A stretch of DNA of 64,000 nt from Euglena gracilis (lineage: Eukaryota). The translations under genes and the position numbers were made by a program. Below, piece by piece: positions 11,820 to 22,965 of the stretch. Where the stretch lies: NCBI GenBank assembly GCA_039621445.1, contig CP154954.1:31334012-31398011 (forward strand), written 5' to 3'. The notes beneath the pieces are model-generated. The model was given only the letters and a program-made list of their open reading frames with translations, was not told where the DNA came from and did no database searches. Position 1 is the first letter of the stretch. Every line of letters starts with the position of its first letter.

Positions 11820-12720
11820 GGTAGTCCCCAAATGGCAAATTGCATTCTACTGCATGGTTGAAACGGTCATATCAGGACCTCAACAACCAATTTGGGCATT
11901 TTTTTGGCTCTTTTGATGACATTTGTCGTTGATGGCAGAACCGACGTTAGGAACGCCGGGTTAAAAACAGAACTGCCGTTCCTCACCCCTTTCTCACAGA
12001 CAGAACCAACGTTCCTAAAACCAGTGGGGGGGGAACGCCGGTTCTGTTGTGAACCCGGCGTCTGACGCCGGGTTAAATCTTCGCCAAACACAATTTCAGA
12101 CCAAGAAGGTTTAAGGGGGGCCCGGGGGCGCCTCGCAACCTGACCCCAGGGTACCCCAACTCCTGGCCCAAACTAATTTTGATTTTGCGAAGTTTCAGTT
12201 TGCCCTTTTTTTGACCCTCTCGTCCCTCCTTGTGGGGAGGTGTGGCTTTGGGTCATGCTCTTCCAACCCTGGCAGTGTGGGGTATCTGAGTTTACCGAAC
12301 AGCTTCAACTCTGCCCCTGAATTGAGCAGGCTGTTTTCCCTCAAAGTGGATTCCCCCTGTCGCCAGGCATTGGAAGGCGCCAGAAACCTTAACCCCCTTA
12401 AAAACCTCAACTCCGTAAGGAGGGCGTAGTTGTTCAAAAATGGCCTGTTGGCAACTCTGGACAGCCCTTATGCTGCCATTGCGGTTCCAGATATTATCCA
12501 GACCATGCCGCCAAAGGACTTCTTTGTCAGCCATAAGAAGCAGGCTGACCCGTCAATTGAAAGTAGACAGGATTGGATTTATTTCTACCGGCGCAATCTA
12601 AACAACATCGTTTCCAACTGTAAATGTATTGCAGAATGTGTTTTGGTGTAGCCTGGTGTAGCTCCTCCAGGTTAAGTGAATCGATCGTCCGGACCCACCC
12701 ACCCACCCCCAACACGACTT

Positions 12721-12797
12721 GGTAACACAAGGGATGTTGTTATTTTGGGGCCCTCGAACAGTTGAGCAACAAAAGGGATTTGCCCCCCCCCCCAAAA
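12721..12797 (-). repeat. Single inverted monomer of the 1-2215 satellite
   Basis: GGTAACACAAGGGATGTTGTTATTTTGGGGCCCTCGAACAGTTGAGCAACAAAAGGGATTTGCC is the reverse complement of the monomer. Confidence 0.9.
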
Positions 12798-13246
12798 TGT
12801 TCGTTCTTTGAGTGGCGTGGATTGAACACACAAGAAAATTCCAGTGTGTTTTTGGGGGGGTGAGGTCCTGTGGTGGGCCGACCCCAGGGTCTGCCCACTA
12901 CACAGTCCGGATCTCCTCAATATTCTACTGGAGACCTTCCACCGCTGGGCGACTGCCAGCGATATGGGCGTGCCGGTGGCGGGTATCCGACTGCCCTCCA
13001 TCAGCTTTGCGGACGATGTGGCCTTGATTGCCGCCTCGGCCACAGAAATGACGGCCCTCATCCGAGCACACCTCCAGGTGGGTGACCTGGACATTGTTTC
13101 CTCTTCAGGTTTTCGCTTTGTCGGTGTGGAGCTGGGCTTGCCAGAGCCCCAGGCCTCGGAGGTGCACTTCGCCCCTCGCCTGGGCAAGGCCTTGGAGACC
13201 CTGCGCCGGCTGAAGGCTCCCCCTGCCGTCCTCCCTGTGCTCCCTC

Positions 13247-13657
13247 CATAGTGGGCATTTTTTGTTTTTTTAAAAAAAAAACAAAACAACGTGTTTTTTT
13301 TTAAAAAAAACACTAAAAAAACATCAAAAAAAAACAAAAGGGAGATTTCATTCAGAAAACTCGTTATGAAACACCCAAACCATACTTTGAATCCTACTCA
13401 GTTCAAAAAGTGCCAAAAATGGTCGAAAGCATCCAAAAAAAGCAAAGAAATGCAATTTTATGACTTTTTCCATTTTTTACAGGAGGTAGTTTTTGGCAAA
13501 ACTGACCCAAAAGTTGCCAAAAATGACCGAAAATACACATTCAAAAAATTTTCTTTGCAAAACCTAGTGGGGTTTTTTTGTTTTTTTTTAAAAAAACATT
13601 GTTAGAAATATAAAAAACAAAAAAACAACGTCAAAAAAAACAGGCATGCCCACTATG
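13247..13657. mobile_element. hAT-type MITE (copies at 17661-18062, 25471-25872 and inverted at 36985-37384)
   Basis: TIR CATAGTGGGCAT/ATGCCCACTATG. Perfect 8-bp TSD GCTCCCTC. Confidence 0.9.
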
Positions 13658-13932
13658 GCTCCCTCCTGTGGCGCGCCACTGTCCTCCCACAGGTGTGTAC
13701 CACCCAGCGGCTCATGTCCGCCGGGGTGGCGGCCATGGGTCACAAGCCCCTGCGCTTGAACACCTGGCGCTCCCCGCTGCGGTAGTGGGGGGCCCATTGG
13801 GAGAATCTGCTGTGGCATACCCGGTCGCCACCATGCAGTTTCTGCAACTGGTATGGCTCCAGACCCTGGGCAACACCTTTGCCATCTCAGGCTTCGTCCA
13901 CCGGGAAATCGCCTGCCCGGGCCCAACCTGGG

Positions 13933-14031
13933 CAGGGTGGTGACTGAAATTTCCGGCCCCTGAAATTTCACGAAATTTCACGATTTTTTTCCTTTTCTTT
14001 CCGACCACTTTTCACGAATGTCACCATCCTA
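13933..14031. mobile_element. 99-bp hAT-type MITE (copies at 18360-18458 and 26172-26270)
   Basis: TIR CAGGGTGGTGAC/GTCACCATCCTA. TSD AACCTGGG. Confidence 0.85.
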
Positions 14032-14458
14032 AACCTGGGCAGAAACATCCTCCGCTCTGCGCTCTGCCCTCGCAGTGGGATGGCGTGTGGTGCGCAACCA
14101 GGCTTGCGCTCGTCCGGTCTGCAGCCTGGCCGCGCCTCTGCCCCGAGCAGGCCTACCCAGGACAGATTGTCCTCACGCCGGTTAATGACTTCCTCCCTCC
14201 GGGTGCCGTCTTCACAGATCACTCCTTAGCGTCCTCCGGGGGAGCCGCGGTCTGGGCCCCAGACACCGAGTCTGCCCTCACCTGTTCTGTTCCAGGTCCC
14301 TTGAGCTCCACCCTCTGCGAGTTGGTGGCCCTACGCACGGCGGCGGAGGCCTCCCCCCCCCGCCACATCTTGACAGACTTACTGACCTCCCTCCAAACGC
14401 TGGCAGGGGGGAATCTCTTCTCCCTTCCGTGTGTCCTCCAGTCTCCCCTCATGTCCCC

Positions 14459-14736
14459 ACCGGGGGGGGGGGGCAAAAATTTTGCTCTAGAGAAAATTTG
14501 CCAGACAATTTTCGCGGAAGCAAATCCCGCGAAATATTTCCAGACATTTTTAAGGAATCCCGCGAAATTTTTGTCTATGTATTTCCTTTCAGGTGCTCAA
14601 GGCTTCCCTTTTTTGCTTCACAGAAATAAATCCCGCAAAATATTTCCGGGCATTTTTAAGGAATCCCACGAAATTTGTCATCCGCGAAATTTGTCGCCGC
14701 AAAATTTCTCTGGCACGAAATCCCCCCCCCCCCGGT
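14459..14736. mobile_element. TIR insertion with CCCGCGAAAT internal repeats, inside the RNase H
   Basis: ACCGGGGGG...CCCCCCGGT ends. Coding-like sequence resumes after it (VVRQIIAAA). Confidence 0.65.
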
Positions 14737-14760
14737 AGTGCGCCAGATCATCGCCGCAGC

Positions 14761-15304
14761 CAGGCTTGTGCTTAGTCGGGTGCCTACCCCACGGGAGGGG
14801 ATGCTAAAGGCTAAAGGTGCCAAAGGCGCCGGGGGCCCGGAACAGGCTGTATTTTAGTCAGGTGCCGACCCCACCCCAGGGGGGGGGGTGCCTGCCTGGG
14901 CAGGCACTTCAAGGCACTCCCGATCCGACCCCCCCGGGGGGGGGGGGGTAGGGCACACGGCCCTACCTCAAGTGCCTAGCACAAGTGCCCTAGCACAGAC
15001 CCGGCGCCAAAGGCGCGGGGAGCCAAAAATGGCCTATTTTCAAAGGAATGTGCCTGGGCACAGGCCAAAATCCGCCCCCCCCCCAGTGCCTGCCTGGTCA
15101 GGCACTCAAAAGCACTCCGGACCCCCCCCCCCCCCCCGGGGGTGGTAAAAAAAAACAGCCTGGCCCGGAAAAGGCCTTTTTCAATGAGAATTTTCTGGGC
15201 CCCCCCGGCCCCCCCCCCCCCGGGGGTGTGCCTTCTTGGGGCAGGCACCCCATAGCACCCCCCCACCCCCCCCCCCCCCCCCCCGGTCGGTAAGCACAAG
15301 CCTG
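14761..15304. mobile_element. hAT-type MITE with nested hAT-type MITE at 14843-15162 (copy at 27000-27540)
   Basis: Outer TIR CAGGCTTGTGCTTA/TAAGCACAAGCCTG, TSD GCCGCAGC. Inner TIR CAGGCTGT/ACAGCCTG, TSD GCCCGGAA. Confidence 0.9.
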
Positions 15305-16662
15305 GCCGCAGCCTCCTCCCTCTCAACGGCGCCACTCCTGGAGAAGGTGCGGGCGCATGACACGGCCGCCATTGAGACCGGTCATCCCAAGGCAGTGGGG
15401 AACGACTCCGCCGATTTCTGGGCCAAGGAGGCTGCCCTTGGCCGGGCCGCATCAACGTGGTCTCCTCCCCCCCCCATGCTTTGACGATCCCTTGCTCCTG
15501 CAAGACGCCTCAGGGTTGACGATCTACGACCTCCCCGCAGCGTTCGCCTGGGCCTGGTGGCTCAGGTGCCTGGTCTCCTGGGAGAAGCGCTCATCATTAC
15601 GCCTCCTCATTTTGTTTCCCGGCATCCACCCCAATCGCCGTTTCCCGGCAGGGTTGTTCGATTAATCGAAAGTCGATCAATCGGTCAAGACCCCCCCAAT
15701 CATCGTTCATTCGTCCGGTGATCGATTAATCGATTTTCAATGCCGCACATCCCGATTTTTCCGCACTCCACACCGTATTTTTTGCACTTCCGGTCAACAT
15801 TTTGCACTTTATCTCAAAAATGTTTGCACATGTTAAAAATTTGTTCACACTTTATCTCAAAAATGTTTGGCATTTTATCTCAAAAATATTTGCCTACGTT
15901 CCGAAATTTTTTGCACACGTATCGGGTGTTTTGCACTTTTGCCCTTAAAGTCCACGTCTTAGGTGCAGGGACTCAGGACAAGGTGTGCGTCTACGCCGCC
16001 GGACTTCAGGCACGAGGTCCGTGTCCTAAAACACAGTCTCCATCCAAAATGCTGCGTCATGAATAATGATTTTGTTGGAACCCCCCAAAGCCGACCAAAA
16101 TGGTTCAGAAAGCGGAAATGAATGGTTTGAAATGGAAATGCCATTGCTCCAAAAGCGCATTGACCTCAGAATTTGTCCCACTTCATTCCAACCTTTGACA
16201 AATGAGTTACATTGGTTCGTTTCAAGCCGTTTTGAGCCGTTTTTCGAATACAAATCGTTGTAAATGGACAATACAACTCCAACGCCAACATGTGGTAGAG
16301 AAATGATGTAGAAAAGATGTCAGAGAGAAAAATCAAAGACAGGAGTCCTTGGACATTCCCAAATACCAATTTGTGGTTTTGGAGTTTGCGCATTCATTCA
16401 TGGTTGGGAAAAATCTTGACCATCACAAATGCACTGCTCAAAGAAGCGCATTGAGTGTTTGTTGCGCTCAATGTTAGAAAGGAGAGACATAGCGATGTGA
16501 TGTAGTGTGATGATTTTTTGGCAAAGAAAAGCACTGCATATGTGGACAGCTTGCATCAAAACCCCAAATATTTTGCTTTTTTGGCTGGCCATTTCAGGCA
16601 GTTTTTTTTTGCAATAATTTTTAGCATTTTTGGAATTTTTGGGGTCAATCCATGGTCATCAT

Positions 16663-16943
16663 CAGGGGTTTTTTTTTAAAACAGGGGGGGGTCCCCCCCA
16701 CCCACCCACCCCCTGGGGGGTCCCCCCCGGGGGGGGGGTCCCGGAGGACCCACAAAAAATGGCCGAAAATCGCGAAAAGTGCTAAAAATAGATTTTTTTT
16801 TGGCGCCTGCGGCGCTGAAAAGTATATCCCACCCCCCTCCAAGGGGACCCCCCCCCCCCCCCCGGGTGGGGCTCAACCGGACCCACCCACCCTGCCCCCC
16901 CCTTCCCCCCACCCCCGGGGGTCCACGACTAAAAAAACCCCTG
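16663..16943. mobile_element. hAT-type MITE (copy at 24474-24749, truncated copy from ~28880)
   Basis: TIR CAGGGGTTTTTTT/AAAAAAACCCCTG. TSD GTCATCAT. Confidence 0.9.
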
Positions 16944-17320
16944 GTCATCATGGATTTTTTGATGTCGTGTTCAATCCATTGAGGCTTCATTTTGGGCAAA
17001 TTTCTGGCAGATCGTCAATCATTTTTTTGGGATGTTTTCAAATATTTTTAATAAGTTTAGGAAATGCTGGGCCTTTTATGTCATTTTTCTGACCTTTTTT
17101 GAACTGTGTCCATCCATTTTGGCCATTTTGGCTGCTTGCACAAGGCCTCCCAGTTGGCTTTAGACAAATAGGGTGTTCACCGACTCTCGATTTGCCCCCC
17201 TCCCCAAAATGTTCGTTCTTTGAGTGGCGTGGATTGAACACACAAGAAAATTCCAGTGTGTTTTTGGGGGGGGGTGAGGTCGTGTGGTGGGCCGACCCCA
17301 GGGTCTGCGCACAACACAGC

Positions 17321-18758
17321 CCGGATCTCCTCAATATTCTATTGGAGACCTTCCACCGCTGGGCGGCTGCCAGCGATATGGGCGTGCCGGTGGCGGGTAT
17401 CCGACTGCCCTCCATCAGCTTCACGGACGATGTGGCCTTGATTGCCGCCTCGGCCACAGAAATGACGGCCCTCATCCGAGCATGCCTCCAGCTGGGCGAC
17501 CTGGACATTGTTTCCTCTTCAGGTTTTCGCTTTGTCGGTGTGGAGCTGGGCTTGCCAGAGCCCCAGGCCTCGGAGGTGCACTTCGCCCCTCGCCTGGGCA
17601 AGGCCTTGGAGACCCTGCGCCGGCTGAAGGCTCCCCCTGCCGTCCTCCCTGTGCTCCCTCCATAGTGGGCATTTTTTTTAAAAAAAAACAAAACAACGTG
17701 TTTTTTTTAAAAAAAACCACTAAAAAAACATCAAAAAGCAAAAGGGAGATTTCATTCAGAAAACTCATTATGAAACTCCCAAACCATATTTTGAATCCTA
17801 CTCAGTTCAAAAGTGCCAAAAATGGTCGAAAACATCCAAAAAAGCAAAAAAATGCAATTTTATGACTTTTTCCATTTTTTACAGGAGGTAGTTTTTGGCA
17901 AAACTGACCCAAAAGTTGCCAAAAATGACCGAAAATACACATTCAAAAAATTTTCTCTGCAAAACCTAGTGGGCGTTTTTTTTGTTTTTTTTTTTAAAAA
18001 AACATTGTTAGAAATAAAAAAACAAAAAAACAACGTCAAAAAAAACAGGCGTGCCCACTATGGCTCCCTCCTGTGGCGTGCCACTGTCCTCCCACAGGTG
18101 TGTACCAGATCCGGGATCTCAAGCCGATGGCCCCCCAGCGGCTCATGTCCGCCGGGGTGGCGGCCATGGGTCACAAGCCCCTGCGCTTGAACACCTGGCG
18201 CTCCCCGCTGCGGCAGTGGGGGGCCCGTTGGGAGAATCTGCTGTGGCACACCCGGTCGCCCATGCGGTTTCTGCAATTGGTATGGCTCCAGACCCTGGGC
18301 AACACCTTTGCCATCTGGCTTCGTCCACCGGGCAATCGCCTGCCCGGGCCCAACCTGGGCAGGGTGGTGACTGAAATTTCCGGCCCCTGAAATTTCACGA
18401 AATTTCACGATTTTTTTCCTTTTCTTTCCGACCACTTTTCACGAATGTCATTATCCTAAACCTGGGCAGAAACATCCTCCGCTCTGCGCTCTGCCCTCGC
18501 AGTGGGATGGCGTGTGGTGCGCAACCAGGCTTGCGCTCGTCCGGTCTGCAGCCTGGCCGCGCCTCTGCCCCGAGCAGGCCTACCCAGGACAGATTGTCCT
18601 CACGCCGGTTAATGACTTCCTCCCTCCGGGTGCCGTCTTCACAGATGACTCTTTAGCGTCCTCCGGGGGAGCCGCGGTCTGGGCCCCAGACAGCGAGTCT
18701 GCCCTCACCTGTTCTGTTCCAGGTCCCTTGAGCTCCACCCTCTGCGAGTTGGTGGCCT
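17321..18758 (+). pseudogene. RT/RNase H fragment, copy B (C-terminal RNase H part resumes at ~23115-23458)
   Basis: Same peptide as copy A with SFTDD. A deletion follows STLCELVA. Confidence 0.8.
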
Positions 18759-19139
18759 AGCACAGACCCGGCGCCAAAGGCGCGGGGAGCCAAAAATGGC
18801 CTATTTTCAAAGGAATGTGCTTGGGCACAGGCCAAAATCCGACCCCCCCCCCAGTGCCTGCCTGGTCAGGCACTCAAAAGCACTCCGGACCCCCCCCTCC
18901 CCCCCGGGGTTGGTACCTCCCCCCAAGCCCAACGAACACCCTTGCCCAATGAACAGGGGGTGTTCGGACCGTCTAGATTGTCACCATATACTTTTTTTGC
19001 GTCGGCAAGAAAATATTCCTTTGTTGCTTGTCCTCTCCTTGCAGATGAGTTCCTCCCAGTTTTCTTTTGGTGATAAAAACCGCCGTTCCGACGGCTCCTC
19101 CGTAGCCGCTGTTGTGCTCGGTCCCTCGGAACGTGGGCC

Positions 19140-19375
19140 CAGGGCGGTGCTTAAAGGACAGAATTTTTTTTTGTTTGCTTCAGGACCGCCCCCCTTTTGG
19201 CCAAGGCTCCGACAAAGTTCTGGACTGGGATTTGAACACATTTTTTGATGCGCTGGGTGGATGGATGGATCACTTTTTTTCCTGATGTCGACCTGTTGTC
19301 GCTGAAGAATGCCATTTACTTGTGTATTTTCATTGAATTTGCTGGGACAGCGGAGTTTTATAAAGGACCGCTCTG
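19140..19375. mobile_element. hAT-type MITE (family members at 29631-29945, ~38176-38493, ~41969-42275)
   Basis: TIR CAGGGCGGT/ACCGCTCTG. TSD CGTGGGCC. Confidence 0.85.
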
Positions 19376-19458
19376 CGTGGGCCACAGTACATCGCCTTGC
19401 GCTACAACCGAGCGGGCAAGCTCGTGTACCATGACCGTGACGAGGTGGCGGACGTCAC

Positions 19459-19770
19459 GGGGGGGGGAAGGGGTTTGGGGGGGTGGGGGGGGGGGGGGGG
19501 GCAAGGGGGGGGCGGCGGGGGGGGCAGGGAGGAGGGGGGGGGGGGGGGGGAGTAGTGGGGAGGCGGGTGGGGGGAGGGGGGGGGACGGGGGGGGGAAGGG
19601 GAGGGGGCGCGGTGGCGTGGGGTGGGAACGGGTAGGAGCGGGGGGAGGGGGGGGTGGGGGGGTGGGGCTGGGGTCGGGGGGGGGTGTCGGAGGGGGCGGG
19701 GGGGGGGGGAAAGCGAGGGAGGGGGTGGCGGGCCGGCGGGGGGGGGGGGGGGGGGGGGGCGGGGGACGCG
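19459..19770 (+). repeat. Extremely G-rich low-complexity tract
   Basis: Many consecutive G runs, several longer than 10 nt. Confidence 0.9.
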
Positions 19771-19771
19771 C

Positions 19772-22054
19772 GAGGAGAGAGAAATCCGGCCCCTTCGACA
19801 ATCCCGAGATTTTGGATTCAAGTTGAAGGTTGTTGAATGTGCCGCTGCTTTTGGTGTGGATTTTATTTCCAATCCCTGGTTGTATGTCTGTTGTATTTAC
19901 AGGCGTGCGTGCTGCTGCACGGAAGTTCAAAGTGTCTGTAGGATCGGTCGCAGATTGGAAGAGCAAGTGGGCTGAAATCAAATCAAAGCGAAAGGCAAAG
20001 GTGCTTGTTTTGTTTGATTTATGTCCCAATGATATTTGCTATAGAGCGCAAAAAGAAGAGTTTGCACAAAGGAAAGCGCTCCAAGTACCATTTCACGGAG
20101 AGGGTTTTGCAGAAGTGGATTCAATCCAAAAGAAACAAGCGCGTCACAGTCACAAGATGGTTATTGCAAAGGTGTTTTTTCCTTTTACATTGGTCTTGTT
20201 TTTCTGTTATTTGCTCACGCCAGGCAAAAGAGCTTCGCGGAGAAATTCGTGAGTTGCCCTGATCAACTCGCCCGCTGGTGGTGTGATTTCCGGCGAAGAA
20301 GTGGAATCACCACGGAAGATTTCGTCCCTTCGGCGCATGCACGACGACGTTGTTTGCCATTGGTGCAGCGTTACCGGTGTTTTTTTGATATTGTGGCAAT
20401 GGCTAATCGGTTCATGAAGGATGATGTTCATGATGTCGCAATCCATTGCATCCGTTGCATTTCCAGTTTTTTTGTTCTAGAGCCAACCTCCACCGCGCAG
20501 TCCGAGAGGGCAAAGTCCGTGTACTGGCCAAGCGGACGAGACTGCGGTCCCGTTGGAGCCGGTGCCAAACAGGATTTCATCTTTGCGCTTTCCTCCTGGA
20601 CGACTGGTTGATGGATTCTGTCGCCTGCAAGAGGGGGGGAAGATGTAACGTCGATGTGTGCCCATTCCGTTCCCTGTGCCCCGTGTCCCTCCCCCATTTA
20701 CCCTTGGCCCACCCCACCTTGATTTTTTTTATCCGTAATGTCAATTGCCTGGGGACGAGACTGCGGTGCCCGTGCCTGCATCTTTGCCTGACTTTTCCTG
20801 GAGTTGGATGACTTGGTTGGATGGTCTTGATAATTCTGTCGCCTGTTTGCTCAAGATAAAGTTCTGTGGGGAAGTACAGGTCGACTTGAAGGACGCCATC
20901 CGCACCCGGTTCGTGTGAGAGGACACTAGATTCACTTGGTACACATGGACCCCCTTGGTTGCATTTGGATGTAGGTGATGCCTGTTGGGTTTGGCTGATT
21001 GCCGCAGTGAATTTGTTAAGCCGACGGTATCGGGACCATGTCACCGTCTACCTCAGTTTCTTGCTGGAGATTGCAGTTGGCCCGATGCTGACTCTGACCC
21101 TGCCGTTGTGTTGGGCACGTTCACCGCCCCGCTCCTGTCAGTGTGGGGAAAGGGCTTCACCGAGGGAAGGTCCACAGGAGGTAAACTCTGTGAAGGCGAA
21201 GGGAATTGCCCAAGGAGTGGAACATGTTGTTACAGCGCGTGGCCAGACCACAGCTGTGGCAATGGTGGATCTGCTCAACACCACCTTGCGCCCGTGCGAA
21301 AAATTTGCCGTTGCCAAGGTTGTACATGGTGGATGGGGCACCTTCGCATATGGTTCCAGATGTTTGCAAATTGCTCGCAGACCAAAACTGGGGCTTGTAC
21401 ATATCGCCACCCAATAGCACGGTTTATGCACAAGCCATGGACAAAGTTCACATAAATGCTAAGTTCCGCCGCGAAGTGGAGGAACGGTACTGCGCGTGGT
21501 TTGCAAAAGAGATTGAACATCTGGAACCCCACTCCCCTGCTCCTGCTCCGTCAAGGGCTGTGTTGTCTAGGTGGGTCAAGGAGGCATTTGACACTATCAC
21601 GGATCAGGATATCCTTGCGGCTTGTCGTGCAGCTTACTTCCCGAAAGGCCTGAAATTGACCCAACTGGAGGACATAGCTTTTTTCTCTAACCAAATGTGC
21701 GAGGATGCCAGTGATTCTGATTCAGGTCACGGTACTGATTCCAGTCAGGCTTTTGCTTCCGGATTTGTGGGGTTTGCCCGATGCGCTCCACCCGCCAAAG
21801 ACGGTAAAGCAGAGCCTGCCCCCGGTTCATCCGCAACCTCTGATTCCTCCATCTCTGACCTGTCGTCTGATTCAGAGGAAGGGGAGGAGGGAGAAGGGGG
21901 GAGGAGCAGGACAGTGAAGTGGAAGTGGTGTGGGCAAAAGCAGCCAGAGGGGTCTGGGGGTTTTGCCAACAAGGAGAATCAGCTCTACCTGACAAGAGAG
22001 CTCATCTGCCTCGCGGATGTCAAAAACCGGGTGCCGCAGGCACCCGGGGAATGA
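19772..22054 (+). pseudogene. pogo-superfamily transposase (Brinker-like HTH, CENP-B/Tc5 HTH, DDE_1 with D35D), intron-containing and frameshifted
   Basis: Spliced FKLKVVECAAAF|GVRAAARKFKVSVGSVADWK; KRSKYHFTERVLQKWIQSKR; WWCDFRRRSGIT; ADETAVPLE; YMVDGAPSH...ISPPNSTVYAQAMD with 35 residues between the two Ds; WVKEAFDTIT. GT-AG introns at 19854-19902, 20001-20044 and 20172-20223. Confidence 0.85.
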
Positions 22055-22409
22055 TGCAAGAGGCAACGGCCAGGGAGGGAGCAAGGAAGGATCAAAGGAG
22101 GGAGGTCGCCGCTCTGCAGTCTTTGTCACTTTCTTTCTAGCTTCCGTTTGCTGTTCTCAGTGGGGTTAGTTTATTGCTTTTTTCTCCTTTCTCCGACCTT
22201 GTGTCCTCTGACATGGCACTCTGATGCCCTCACCTTTTTTTCGTTTTTTTTTTCTTCAAACGTTGCATTTGCTGTCATTGTTGAGCGATCATGCCACTGT
22301 TTCTGTTCAAGGTTACTCTGAGAAGGTGACAGAATTGTGCCACCCCCCCAAACGCCCCGTTCGGACCGTCTTCACAGTTTCGTCTTTAGGTTCACAGCGG
22401 CCCGAATCT

Positions 22410-22965
22410 TGTCCACCCTCCCCCTCCCCTCCCCCCCCGTCCCCCTGCCCCTTCTTGTCACCCTTTCCCCCCCCCCCTCCCCCCCCCTCCCCCCCCCCGC
22501 CTTTCTTTACTTCAACCCATCCCCTCCCACTCATCACCCTTGCAAACTCCCAATATTGCTCTGAAAATTTATCCCCCCCTCATTCATCCCCTATTCCTCC
22601 TCCGGGGGGGGGGTTCGCCCGGTGGCTTCTTTCTCCCCGCTCCCTTCCCCTTTGTCCCACCAAAAATCATCGTTGCAATTTCACCCCCCCCCCCCCCCCC
22701 ACCAGTCCTCGCCAACCCCACTCTCAGTTCAAAATCCCCCCCCATTTCTTTCAACCCCCCTCGGGGAGGGGGGGGGGGGGATCAATTGTCACCCCAAGGG
22801 GGGGGGGGGGGGGTAGGGGCACCTGCACTTCCTCCCAACCTCTCACGTCCAAACCAACCCCCCCATTTCCCAGCACCCCCCCTCCCGCCAAACCCCTCCC
22901 CCTCCCCCGCCCCCTCTGCCACCCCCCCCCCAGTCCCTCCCCCTCCGCCCCCCCCGTCCCCCCAC
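22410..22965 (+). repeat. C-rich low-complexity tract at the right edge of the pogo-containing insertion
   Basis: Many C runs, with partial resemblance to 14500-15150. Confidence 0.75.

Larger units (their letters stand above)
12908..15647 (+). pseudogene. Non-LTR retrotransposon RT + RNase H, fragmented by MITE insertions (copy A)
   Basis: RT: LLNILLE...ISFADDVALIA...FRFVGV. RNase H: AVFTD(H/D)S...STLCELVAL...ILTD...EKVRAH...GNDSADFWAKEAA. Interrupted at 13247, 13933, ~14459 and 14761, with frameshifts. Confidence 0.85.

Noticed and set aside
12211-12651. Stop-codon readthrough or alternative genetic code (two in-frame ORFs separated by TAG)
   Set aside because: Neither peptide is recognisable and there is no consistent recoding elsewhere. 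Stops in the retroelements come with frameshifts, which indicates decay.
12908-15647. Bacterial retron, DGR or group II intron RT system
   Set aside because: The FADD-type RT is fused to RNase H, broken by eukaryotic MITEs, and has no ncRNA, template repeat or accessory genes.
19245-20029. Gly-rich or Pro-rich (extensin/formin-like) proteins
   Set aside because: These are translations of the G tract with no other coding support. The same applies to 22224-23475.
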